The translations under genes and the position numbers were made by a program. A model generated the notes under the pieces. It did no database searches. It saw nothing but the letters and a program-made list of their open reading frames with translations, and had not been told where the DNA came from. 64,000 bases of DNA, taken from assembly GCA_009103225.1 (NCBI GenBank), contig RHPI01002533.1:585368-649367 (forward strand), written 5' to 3'. Shown here piece by piece: positions 36,701 through 49,592 of the stretch (position 1 is its first letter; each line of letters begins with the position of its first letter). This DNA is from Chlorokybus atmophyticus (Eukaryota; Plantae; Mesostigma and Chlorokybus algae).

Positions 36701-37776
36701 TCAAGCCTCATAGTTCCATGACACAGGAGGGTAGTCACAGCGCATGTCCATTGTTTCCAGCATGAGACGCCCTATGCACTCCGCCATTGCGGGAGGAACT
36801 GCATTCGTTATGGTGACGGCTGAGGTCATCCATGGCACTCCCAGCGCTGTTTGCCATGCATCGATGCCGCCCCTGGTGCTTTGAAGGCCATAGACCAGGT
36901 ACATTTGATGTGGCGCGTTTGATGTCACGATTGTCTTCTTCGCGCTAGCGGACAAGTGCGGCGATAGCAGTCCAACCGCCTTGCCTGCGTGCGAGCAGCG
37001 TGCAGGTGGGGTAGCTACTACTGGCTGTGTCTCAAATAAACGGTATCGAAACGGTGATAGGCCAAACATCGTACCACAAAGTGACAGATTGGGCTGAATC
37101 AGGAAGCTGCTCCTGGCACATTTCCAATCACAAAATTGACATGGCTTACAAGCAGCAGATGTCGGATGAGCGGAATCATATCTTAGTGTCTCCATGTTGT
37201 GCCATGTGCCGCCCGTTAAGGTGCCGGGACAGCACCTGAATAGACCTGGCATGATGGATTGGCCCGTATGAGACCGTTTTCGCTTAGCTCTCCTGCACTC
37301 ATTGTGCATACATCGCGGTGTAAGAAGGGCAGCGGGTACTCAGAGGAGGGACTTATGTCCATCCCGGTCACGTCAAAGCCTGTGTGATATAGACCGACAC
37401 TGGCATCGCCATCGCCGTAGAATACATCGAGTGCCCTTGGTCTGCGTGTGCGTCCAAGCTTGTTGTTAAATAGCGTATATGTGGTCAAAACTGGCCGTGG
37501 TGCTGACCAGGGATTAACAATGCTGCTGTCCGGGCTTACTTTGCGACTGACATTCTCCCCTCCGACGCGCAAAGCATGGCGTGCCCCGTCAACTGATGTG
37601 TACGCGAATACGTTGTGCCCTTTGAAGTTGATGGTTTGTAATCGATCATCGTCATCGAATACTATACGGTGCTGCCCTGCAAAGCCATTTTCCATTGCAC
37701 CATGCATATATGACGCGTCCGCAATCTCGCACGCCAAGAAGCGATGGTGACCTGACGCTTGCTTAAATAATTCCAC
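36701..37776 (-). pseudogene. Small prokaryote/phage-type DNA (cytosine-5) methyltransferase with N-terminal extension, disrupted
   Basis: Motifs occur in canonical order: I ALDVFYGDGDASVG; GFDVTGMDISP; IV IRANPSCQVYS (Cys kept); H*DMIPLIRHLL; VI FVIGNVPGA; LCGTMFGL; VIII FRYRLFET; IX/X ALGVPWM...TNAVPPAMAECIG. There are two in-frame stops and a frameshift near 37100. Confidence 0.85.
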
Positions 37777-39098
37777 AACGCCCGCATATTATTCCCCATC
37801 CTACGGCCAATGCACTATGATACTCACACCGATCAGCTACTCGCATCTCAACTTAACTGCGTTCCGCAGCTGATGCAATGCGCTGTCCAATGGTCGATGG
37901 TCTGCCTCCTCTACAGCGGCCAGGGGTGGAATTGCCCACGCGCACACCGTGGAAAACTGCTATAAATGCGGCAACAGCATCAACATGCATGTAATAAGCA
38001 TACGCCCAACATAACATGTTGTGATACGTTGCTGACCACTCTGCTGAATTACCTCCACAGCATCCACCACCTGTTCACTAACCACATGTCCTGGTGTTGT
38101 CCATGTAAAGAAGCGCATGGGTTCCCCTCGCCACTCGAAGACTGAGCGCGAGCACGATTTGCACACGCACTGCACACAATGAAAAAACTCGAGTTCCTTG
38201 CACAGCACTTTGCCGAGGCGGTAGCCAAACACGTCGACATTGTGTGTGGTGTGTGTGATGCCAGCAAGCAGCACTAAAACCGTGGCACACTCACTGCACG
38301 CTGGCATTTGGTTAAGTTTGCTCACAAATACTGCCTACGGCCATTGGCACATACGTACGCATTGCATTGTGGGCACACCAAGTATGGTCTCCTAGGTGAG
38401 GGGGATTCAACTGCTGCCACCGACATCATGCCAAATATGCATCGATATGGTTGCCCACAAACTAAGTGGGACTTTGGGGTATAGGCATCAATTTAGGGTT
38501 GCCAACTTGCGAATCCTAAATGAATCACACTTCAAGAAGCACGACTGTACCATGGACGGTATTACAGTACCATACATAGAACTACATCAACATGAATGGT
38601 ACTCCATCCATTAATGGTACTACAGTACAAGGATACTCGCATACTACCACAATCGTAGAGTAATACTGTGCTGTATTCCGTTAAACCGAGAGCGCTGTCC
38701 GAGTTTGTTGCTGTTTACCATACTCTAAACCTGCAAGGTATGCAAGCCATGCACTGACTCATGCGCCGGGCAATTATCATACACATGTACAGCCAATGCT
38801 TCTGACAACATCAGATTTCAGGTGCACAGCCATGCACTATGCTGCAACTATACATGTACCCACATGGTTCACAAGCGTTCAACACAAAACTACAGAACAT
38901 GCACAATTGTCATTAAGGCGGGTGCCAAATCACCGCCGACACATTGGCGTCTTGCAGCAGGCGTGGCGACCAAAACGGGTGAGGTTGCTTGCACATGGGA
39001 CACGCTTGCTAGCTCCTTTGATTTATTTGCCACGTGCTGGCACTGGTACATGATGCAAACATGGCACATTGCATGCTTGCAACAGGGCGTCTCCCCGC

Positions 39099-39399
<301 letters not shown>

Positions 39400-39456
39400 C
39401 TCTTCAATGCGCCAATTCAGCACTCATGGTGCACGCGGGTGTGGAAGCTGCCTCGA

Positions 39457-42400
39457 CTACCAACCTCTGTTATCGCGTTGCAGGCGCAGCGACTCCCATC
39501 TGAATGGCGCAGCATACTGCTTCTCTGCCTGCTCGATCATCTGACGCCCATCTGCCGCCATACACCACCTGCTGGTCTTGGTGGTCTCGTCCAACATGCG
39601 TTCATCCAGGCCCTCGACATGGCTGTCGTCACTCGCGTAATCGCCCGCATCGCCATCTTCTTCGAGCTTCCACAGAATCAGCTCGACGTGCCGTATGACA
39701 TACAGCCACTCCCAGCCAAAGCATGCCAAGTACAGCTCGAATGGTTTTATTTGCCACCCAGTATGTTTGCTCAGGTAGTGGCACACAACTCGACCCGCAT
39801 CAGGCGACATCAATAGGTACATCTGTTGCAGCAAGTCGAAGTTCTGCTCCGCGGATAGCTCTTGCACATTGCCAGGTTGCTGCGGCAGCAACAACACCAT
39901 CATATCGAGGAAGGCAAGGGGCAACAACGTACTACGCATGGCCATGTCGTGTTGAGGTTCCAACCATGGCCAATCTTCAGAGGTCTGTTTACGGCACTCT
40001 TCGCGTTTGCTCCCACTTAATGCATACTTTCGTCGCCCACCTCGAGGCATGCCGCATGCGGTGATGCAGCGCGTCTTGGGCGTGTTGTAGCTACAACCAA
40101 ATTCGTAATGCAAAGGAGTTGTATACGGCGATCAACTCCTTTGCACTACGAGTCAGCCCCTCAAAGCGTCTGCGCGTCGGTGCTTTGAGCTTAGGCAGCT
40201 CTTGCCGCACCAGCTGTCTTTTTGGACAATGCTGAGCGGCCATATGACGCTGTAAACCCGCCTGTGCCGACTCAGAACACACAATCAGCCCCAGCGAGGC
40301 TTTAAAGCGCTGTGCTTCTTCCAAATACATTATAACAATACGTCTTAGCAGGCGCTCTCTGTAGCACTATTACATAGAGGAGGTAAAGCGTTATCTTCTT
40401 GCTCCACAGCCTTGCGCTTGTTGGTTGCCTCTCGTTCCTCCACGACTTCATGTTGCTTCATGAGGTCGAGCATGAAGCTACCCTGGTCTTTGAGCTCAGT
40501 ATTTAAGACACCTCGATCAATTTCTTTATCAACAAGACAGGCTAGGATCAATATGGCAAGCTTAATGGGAAAGGGCGAGCTACCGCTGCTTCGTGATGGA
40601 GATGCCTCCGGATGGTCAATGTGCGGTGCAAGTGAGTCTCCACAGCAGGAAGGGAGGGTGCTGAATTGTTATTGCGAGCATGTGACTGTGGTTGAGGGGA
40701 GGCAGGATGTGCAGAACAGTCGGCTACGTCTTGCCTATCACACGAAGGCGAGGCCTAAGGCGTTAGCGCAGCACCCTGAGTCGTAGCCGGTGGTAGCGGG
40801 GAATTGGCAACGCCATTCCGCCACTCTCCAATTAGGTCTATTACCTCCGGTGGCACTTCATGCATAGGCCACGACCATTGTTCCATGCTTGCAGGCTTTA
40901 GGAGCCAAAAGTGTGCTTCTGGCTCATTAACAGCAGTGTTGCCCACTATTCGGATTGAGTTGGGGGCTTCTTTATTTCCAACCCAAAACTGCGCTGCCGA
41001 GCCATGGCACCCACTCCCCATGCTCGCGCTGAACGGTCACGCAGCCAATCAACACGCCCAGCTTGTTGGCAAATATGGTCATTTGCAGGTGCTCCACGTA
41101 CACATCTTTTCTCCGCACGATCTGTCGCACCTTGGCCATGGCTATGTCAATGTTGCAATTGTCATTAGCCAACATGGTCGCAGTCAGTTTGTCGTAATAC
41201 TGCGCCATCTCTCCCGCAGCACCAGAGGATCTGCAAAAGTCTGGAATTCTGCTCGCCACACCTGCATCGATAGCCTTGGCGGTGATTTTGCGGAAAGTGT
41301 CCCCCCTGCCGTCATCGTCCATGGTGTCCAGCATGGCCCAAATTCTGCTTGAGCTGGGGTACTTGTGATTATCCAGGACACTTTGCACTATGGATGGCCT
41401 GGCGCGAAACACACAACGATAGAAGCAATTACCATCCGTTGGCGCATTGAAGTGGTCCCATGAGGCGAGCTGGCCACCTAGCACAACTGATGGCCGTATG
41501 CGGGTTGCGGCCAGCTCCTCTGATGACTCGCTGGCAGGTGGTGACCCCTGCTGCATGCGCATACATCACTCAAATGGTGTGTCTAACTGTCGACGGCAAG
41601 AGTCACAGTGACTGATAAAGTACCTAAGCTTGGGGCAATTTGCCGGCTTCAACTTGCAGCGGGTGGGGTAAGGTAGGTGCGGAAGCCACATCGGTTGTTG
41701 CATTGTGCTATGGTCTCGCCGGTTGCGGCAAGGAGGATTGTTGCCCCGCAATCACCGGTGCTGCTCGTGGAGGAGACGGCAGTGCATGAAGGACTGGTGC
41801 CGAGGAAGGTGGATGCGCTCTGGCTGCGGGGATCAGGAGCGGCATGTGAGACCACTTGTGCATGCAGCAAGGGGGGCTGTATATAGGACCCAGGATAAGA
41901 TGGCTCACAATATTGCAAAGGACGTATATAAGCTTATGCAGTGCCTGACGCATTATTCCCAAGGCACAAGCATAAAAGATAGCGACTTACCTCAATGGCC
42001 CGTGGGCTGCATGGAGCAGGGGAAGCCATGGGGGCCGACAAGGTGGTATTGGGTGCACTCTCCCCGCCACCCTCAATCGCAGACTCGTCACAGAGCTCGT
42101 GAGCCATGGGCACAGGATGCGCCATTGCCCCAATGGACATGTCGGGAACCAACAGGCCAACATGCATGTTAAACTGATGCCGCGGCGCCCATCAGCAAGT
42201 GGGATTGAAGGACCAGTTGATGGATTGAATCTAGGCCTGCTTAGAAGCTCCAACAGGACCTAGTGCACTGTGGTGCTGTCAACAATAACATGTGGGTCAG
42301 CTGCATGCGACACTGCAATATTCAACTGCGTCACACCGTCATCAGTTGGTTGCTTCGAACAGTCACATGCGGCATTGCTGGTTGATGCACGAATGATTGC

Positions 42401-43150
42401 ATAGACTGCGTCATTGCTGGTTGATGCACTACTGCTTGAATGCCGGACAAATGGCCACGCGCTCCTGTGCTCAAACCCAGCCTACTTCGTTCGGCACGCG
42501 CGCGCGACTTCGCACGCTCGCGCACATCTTAGCAAAGGTAGGCATGCATTGGAGGTGCATGCAGTCAGCATGCATCTCCACTACTGGTTGAATGCCGGAC
42601 AAATGGCCACGCGCTCCTGTGCTCAAACCCAACCTACTTCGGTTTGGCACGCGCGCGCGACTTCGCACGCTCGCGCACATCCTAGCAAAGGTAGGCATGC
42701 ATTGGAGGTGCATGCAGTCAGCATGCACAGCGAGATTGGCAACAACATATAGCCGCCTAGCTCTGTCTATCTGCTCTGGCTTTTGCAATGTCGGCTTCAT
42801 CGTGGGGTGGGTATGGGTGATAGTGGAGGCCTGCAGCCACGCTACATGTAGTACATGGACTGCGCGGAAAACAAATTGCTCTTGAATGGAAATGCATATG
42901 ACTGTTGAGCGTATCTCTGCATTCCGTTGTGCTTGTTCCCACAATCGCAATTGGTCCCGCATAGTTCTGACAAGGGGCTCCAAGGTCTGCAGCTCCTGAT
43001 CCACCACTCTTTGTTGCAAAAGCGAGCCACCAAGCAGCTCTCTGTGTGAAGCTGGTCTTTAATTGCTTGCTGGTTTGTCCAATGGTGGTGATGCATATTG
43101 GACAGCCCCATTGCTGACGCATGCCATGATCCATGACGTGGCGCCCGATA
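39457..43150 (-). pseudogene. Degenerate multi-fragment accessory gene containing an OTU-like cysteine protease domain
   Basis: ORF 40972-41562 has WDHFNAPTDGNCFYRCVF (OTU catalytic D-G-N-C). The adjacent frame 40755-41021 supplies EPEAHFWLL (catalytic His candidate). Upstream are CPIC and coiled-coil fragments (42471-43150); downstream are further minus-strand fragments to 39457. That these fragments form one gene is inference. Confidence 0.6.
42427..42727. repeat. Tandem duplication of a ~150-bp unit (period 152)
   Basis: cactactgcttgaatgccggacaaatggccacgcgctcctgtgctcaaaccc... at 42427 is repeated at 42579. Confidence 0.9.
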
Positions 43151-44249
43151 TTAGCTGGCTTCGCTGCTTGAACTCTTACGACCACAACTTCTCGCAAGGT
43201 GTGCCACGCCGCCGCTGCCGCCGCCGCCTCCTCCTACTCCTGGTCTTCCGCCTCCTAGTCGAACCTAAGTCCACCATGCCGAACATTCGAGTCGTCATCG
43301 ACCTGATGCCTCTGCGTGCCATCATCCGGCCATTAATGAAGCTATTTGGGTGAGTGCATGCTAACTCCCATTCGGGCTGGTCGAGCGATGCCGTATCATA
43401 AATGGTACGACAAAGCCATCGTACGCCAATGGCTGGGGTTGGACGAGAGATGCCTCCGTCGTACCATTAATGTTACGTTCAAGCCATTGTTACCCTTGGT
43501 TGTACAAAGCATGGATGGTACGAATGCATAAGTCGTACCATCAACCATAGGAGAGAAGGACGCACTGTAAGTGCGACTCTTGTGCGGGACACCAGACGTT
43601 AAAAAACGCCTCATTTTCGTTTTCGCGCCTGAACATTTGCGCGGGCCACCTGGCGGCGGCAGCATTGAATGCGGCAGCGCCACCATCAGCTAAGCAGGCG
43701 ACACCCGACTATCAATTTGAGAGATGTCTCGTCGTCAATCTGCAGGTGCACCTTGTCGTGGAGGTCGGCGCCCCAAGTCCACATTGCCCCCAGTGTTCAA
43801 CCATGCAACCGTCGCCAACCAGCAGCAGCCACTCTTGGCCAATCCATTGCAGCAAGACCCCGCGGTAACGCCCAGCCCATCACAACAACTCCACCTGACA
43901 CCGCAGTCGCAAGGGCAAGCTAAAATGCATGCATTCCTAATGCACTGTGCACGTTGCTTCTTGCTCAACTTTTAAACTTTTATGCTTGCTTCTTTCAAGA
44001 CTGGCACAATGATTCACTGCATGCGTTCTGAACACACTGTGCACGTTGTTCTTCTTGCTCAACTGTGAGGGTTGCATCTTTCATGGCTGGCAGCATGACT
44101 CACGTGGTTGTGCTCTCAGAGGGTCGATTGAAACCCCCAACCCAAACGCATTTGGCCGTGACGTAGCAACCTCGGCCGTCAGCAACCCTTCCCCAAGCAA
44201 ATGGAAGATTGGCAACGAGGTAAGCATTGTGTGACACTGTGTGTAACGG

Positions 44250-45550
44250 ATTGTTCTTCTATGGACAGCATTTGCGAGATGCCGTCGTTGAAATTATAAA
44301 CGGCCACTGGGTAGAAAGCCACATTTATCCCAAGGAGGACACTATTCGTGACGTCATGTGTTAGGTTCTGTGAATGCTTCATGACCTCACTGCACCGTGA
44401 CACTGACCAATCTGCCCGTGACGGGTAGTTGGCTTTGACCATGACGACGAGGCCGATGCGGCCAATTTCTGAGCTGGACGCCTAAGGAGTGCCCCTTCCA
44501 CTGGAGTGTCGTCTTGAAGAAAGCTACGCAGGTCCGGTCTGAGAACGTCACCAAGATCAAGCATGTCCTTGAGAAAGAGCGCAAGTGGACACTGTTTAAC
44601 AGCAACAAGCGCAAGCGAGTTGGGTCCCTCACCACCATGTTTGCTATGCAACACTGCCTTCTTACTCAGCCTCCATACACACGTACGCATCTCGCCTATT
44701 GTAACCGAATTTATCATGCACATCGCCGCCCTGATGGACCCCGCGACCCAAAAAGCGTAGATGCGCGACGCGCTCCAAAGTAAGTCACAGGCACTATTAC
44801 TAGCCTAGTGCAGGCTCAACTTGAACTACCTATATCGTGATTAATGCCTTGTTGGTATGACTCTCGCAGACAAGTCATGGCGGAAATTTAAGGTGACCGA
44901 CAATACAGACCCGCAGCGGAGGAGATACATCCATAAATGGGGCAATCCCATAATCTGGCAAATGATCGTGCAATACCGGTCTTACGCCGTCACTACACCT
45001 GGTCCCCGGCAGCTGACAGTCAACCACCTCGCATACCCGTTGCTTACGATGAGCACTCTAAACTCAATTTAGCAATTTAGGAATGCTGTAGCCCCAAACT
45101 ACAGGCTTGCAGACGCGCTGCAGTGAATAGTGGCTTTCAATGCCACTAAGACATGCCTGTAAACTACGCAGGTGGAGCGCATCCTAAAGGGCAAAGATGG
45201 AGACCCTCCCTTAGCTATCAGCATCGACACACATGAAGAGTGCCTCAGCGAAATCAACACCATGATCATGTCAATGAAGCGAGAGATGACAACGGTACGC
45301 AGCCCTCTAGCCATTCACCCTTGTGAAACGCCGCACTGCATCTTGTGTCAAATACCTGAAAGATCCCAATTGGCGCCGGCCGCAAGAGACGTCTGCTCGT
45401 GACCCACTTGCTGAGGCGGAAGCGGCATTTAATTGGCTGGCGCAACCGTTTGATGAGGAGGAAGAGCAAGCTCCGGCGTCTCCTCTACAAACCCCAGCGC
45501 GTGGTGCTTTGTTTCATGATGAGCAAGGCGATAATGGCGAGGAGCTGTAG
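44250..45550 (+). pseudogene. Fragments of an uncharacterised, probably transposon-accessory gene
   Basis: Protein-like exon-sized frames (HLRDAVVEIINGHWVESHIYPKEDTIRD; KIKHVLEKERKWTLFNSNKRKR; VERILKGKDGDPP; acidic tail ending GDNGEEL*) with in-frame stops. No family recognised. Confidence 0.3.
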
Positions 45551-45966
45551 CGCAATTGGTAGTCCGTTTAGCTGGTAGTGTACACATCTGCAAGGCTCTT
45601 GTGACTTAGTGTTGTGCATCTTAAACCAGCTCAGTCAATCGTCATTATGCTCATGCATGTAAACTCTTGCATCCCTATGATAAACAACAAAACTGCAGGC
45701 ATTCGAGTCACATAATCGAACTACAAGCCTTGGCAAGTGACTAAGAGACACTGTACACATTTTAGATACCTATACATAGCACATGCCCATAACGATGTTG
45801 GCAGTCAGTGACAATCGCGTGTAGTCATGCTATGCAAATACATATAACGACAGTTACACATCAGTTACCTTCAATTGCTTGAAGAATGCCTTATCTTGTC
45901 GACAACTTCCTAGTTGGTGCTTGTGAATTAGGCTCAGTCGCCTGCGCTAGACTGTTGTGTAACCTG

Positions 45967-46175
45967 CAGGTGCCTGTTGCATAGGCTGAGTCACCTGTAT
46001 AAGACTGATGTGTGATTTGCAGGTGCCTGTTAATTAGGTGTAGTCACCTGTTAAGGCCTGATGTGCAACTTACAGGTGCCCGTTAATTGATTATGGTCAC
46101 TTGTTAAGGCCTAATAAGTAACTAACAGGTGCATGTTAATTAGGCATAATAATCAACTGTCAAAGACTGAATTGT
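45967..46175. repeat. Four ~53-bp tandem repeats
   Basis: CAGGTG at 45967, 46020, 46073 and 46126. Each unit is followed by a tcacctgt/tcacttgt/tcaactgt and an aaggcct/aagact motif. Confidence 0.85.
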
Positions 46176-46347
46176 AACGGAAAGGGCCTGATAGTAACGG
46201 AAGTTATTTTTCGGTGTATTGAGATTACAGGTGGACTGAGCCACGACAGCCTAAATTGATATCTTCAAGTGCACGGCCGTTGCCAATATCCAGTCGGCCG
46301 GCAGGGGAAACATTTTGCGACGCGTGACTCTCGGTATCCACCTAAAG

Positions 46348-46394
46348 TGCACACAAGCTTGGGGTGTCTGGCAGACACCCCAAGCTTGTGTGCA
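46348..46394. repeat. Perfect 47-bp palindrome (23-bp arms, 1-nt spacer)
   Basis: TGCACACAAGCTTGGGGTGTCTG-G-CAGACACCCCAAGCTTGTGTGCA. Confidence 0.95.
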
Positions 46395-47507
46395 TTCGCG
46401 ATACACCATTCGGGTGTAAAGGGCTTGCTGTACGCGTGCATGCCTGAGCTGCGGCAAGCAGCGTGTTTGTACGCATGTATGTATAGGGTATGAGTCATAT
46501 TGCACACATGCAATATGCGCACACATCAGCGAACAACAACAGTAACACGCAAGCTAGCAAGCAAGGCAACATAATTACATTACGCCGGGGGCATTCACAC
46601 TACTCTATGCTAAGTGACCTATGTGCAATGCAATGCCGTTAAGTGAAGCACGCAATAGCAGCAGCAGCAGCAAATACCAACCAACTAACCAATCAACCTA
46701 ACTGTACAAGTGCAGCAATAGTTAGTGCTCAAGTAGAGGCTTGGGTGGAGATGAACAGAAAGCACATGCGATGTGGTATGTGAGGTGCTTTGCTGTGCTC
46801 TACGCCCCCCCTCTTCCCCGCCACTCTCTCTCTCGCCTTGGTGCTGCTCTGGCGGCTCTTTAGGGTTGCGACGCCAGCAGTACAGTAGTGAGTCGTAGGT
46901 TGTAGGCAGTAGTCGTTACCACAGGCTAGTTAATGTGTCCTTACCAGCATCAACATCGCTGCCGCCTGTTTGCGTGCAAGCATATACTTCTGCTTGCGTT
47001 CATTTCTGTTAATGTGGCTGACTAATTGGAGTGGCCAGAATATATGCATGAACACTTCTGTTGCACATTGTTTGTACATACCCTTTACATGCAGCTCCAC
47101 CATGTAGCAACGAGGCAGCTTCATTGTCAGGGATTCATTGTTAGGCGCAAGGGCACTTGCATCTCAATGGTAACAGAGAGTACACAGAGCAGGTGGTTAG
47201 CAATTGCATTTGCATTCAATTTGTTGAGCCCAATGACATCAGTAGCGCAAGGCAGGCAGTAGGGGCAGGCGCAGGCTCAAACCCCATTGTTGACGCAGCA
47301 TCATCCCAAACACATGCCACTCACGTCTATGTGCAGCAGCGAAAGCCCACAAGGTGCCTATCTCCCTGTGTGCATTCATGTGAGCGTGCATGCACATGTT
47401 GTATTGCAGACTTCAATGATCGCCGATGCTGGGGCCATCATATGATAAGCGTCAGGCACACGGCCGCAGCAACTGCAACTGCAACAACCTCATTTGCCAA
47501 CGCGTTG

Positions 47508-49592
47508 CTAAGCTAGAAGAAGCTCTGGCATCTCGTTCTCCACATGCAGCAGAGTAGAGTGCACCTTTGTAGCCCAAGTGTCCAACCTATCGCGCAGTGC
47601 TTGGATCTGAGGGATGGCAAGAACCCTGGGTTGGATCCACTGCACCCGCACCGTCCCGTCCACTTGGTCAATAACGCCCTCCATCAGGTGCACCTGCAAC
47701 ACCATATTTGTTTTGAAAAGCACAACTCCTGGGATGCCTTGGTCAAAAACGACCGCCTTCATATGTTGTTCGGCAAGCACTCATGCACAAACGTACCGAC
47801 AGAGCCTTCATCAACAGCAGTTCCACATCCTCAAGCGATAGCTTTGTTTGTTGCGCGATTGTTGACAGTGCAATGGTGCGGTCTTCAGCAGGTCGGCTGC
47901 AAAGGAGACACATCGTTGGTGCATCACATTGACTGAGATAGCAACACAGCATACACCAGGCCCTCAAGACTTTGCTAGCAGGCCCACCTGAACACAAGTT
48001 CCAGCAAGCTCAAGATGGTAATCTTTTCTCGCAGCCGTTGCTGGTTCTGCACAAGCGCAGGCTGCGCGTTGAGCTGGTTTGCGTACGTGTGGCACAGCTT
48101 GTCGTACTCCGCCAGCTGTCCAGCATTGTATGCACGCAGTACATGCAGCAACCACTCTGACGATGACCCCTCTAGTGACTTCACCTGACCAACACACACA
48201 TCTACGTCAGTCTGTTCGAGTTCAACTGACGCCATCATCAATATAAGGTAGGTGACGCACAATTGGGTGCGCCAACAGCTCGCCGAAGTTGTAGATATTG
48301 TCGCCCAGCAATGCAGCCAAGCCCAAGTCAACAGCGAGCGACTGCGCAAGGGAAGACCATGTATCAGTCATATTCTGCTTTGCATGTCAGGAACATGCAA
48401 ACCCAGAACCGTTTCGGACAAGGGAAGACCATGTATCAGTCGTATTCTGCTTTGGCTTTCAGGAACATGCAACCCAGAACAGTTTCAGACAAACTACACG
48501 AACTGGGTCTTGTAAAGTGATGGTAAACGGTTGGAACTTACCAACTTGGCAGGGTCTGAAAGGGTGTCTATATCAGTGTATGCCAGGTAAAGCAACGCGC
48601 TCTTGAAAAACTCAGCAAAATCCGGCTTGGCCTTATAGTACTGTGAAGAAACCCAGTGGACTGTGGCATGCACGGAGGGGTCCACATCCGTGAGACTGTC
48701 CAGTGTGGCCTTGCTCTCATCGATTATCCTTTTGCATTCCTTCAGGTCGCCCATGGCCAACTTCAGGGGCGCTAGCTGCAGGCGAGGTACAACTTTGGAC
48801 ACGATAGCATGTAGCCATGGGCGGCAATCATGCATTGCAAGCGAGCTGCTGCTTCCAATGACGCAGTAAGAACAATCAACAAAATTGATGTACCCGCAAC
48901 TGACCTGTATGCGAACAAAGAGAACTGGCTGCTGAACACCAACTTCTTTTGTGTCAGCCAGCTTGTCAGCTACGCTCTCCAGAAACGAATACGCTGACTC
49001 TGGCTCACTGTACTGCCGCGAAACAACAACAGCTAGCTGCGCAACTTTCAAGAGGTTCAATTTCAGCTCAAAGTCCGAGATGAAGTTCTGATAAAGCCGA
49101 ATAAGCGCATCACCCTCCTGCATACACCAAGTTAATGTCAGTACCGCCAAACCATGCACTAGTACAAGCAGACACTGCTGTTGTCAGCACAGTCATTACA
49201 TGCAACTGCGCTGCTGTCATCAGCACAATGCATTCAGGTGCAATGACAATGCTGCAATGCTTGCGATCCCATCCACAAAGGTGTAAACAGCATGCTCACA
49301 CCACATCCAATGCTGCAATGCTTGCGATCCATGCACAGAGATGTAAATAGCATGCTCACACTACATCCAACGGTAAACACGTAGCTTTGAATGTTATACA
49401 AGAAGTGACTCAAGAGATTGCACTGTGCACGATGTTCCATACCTTCATCTCCGGCCGCGCCACAAATTCTTCCAGCTTCAACGTCAGTTGATGCCATAGC
49501 TTTCGTGTATACAGGTCTGCTAATTGTTGATACCAGTTTGCCAGCTGTGGTCGTGCAGCCTGCTCGCTCTCAATGAATGCTAGCGCAGACAT
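47508..49592 (-). CDS. RPN9: 26S proteasome regulatory subunit RPN9/PSMD13; multi-exon
   Basis: MSALAFIES...LADLYTRKLWHQLTLKLEEF; LYQNFISDFELKLNLLKVAQ; DVDPSVHATVHWVSSQYYK; LGLAALLGDNIYNFGELL; PCI-domain end MEGVIDQVDGTVRVQWIQPRVL. Confidence 0.95.
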
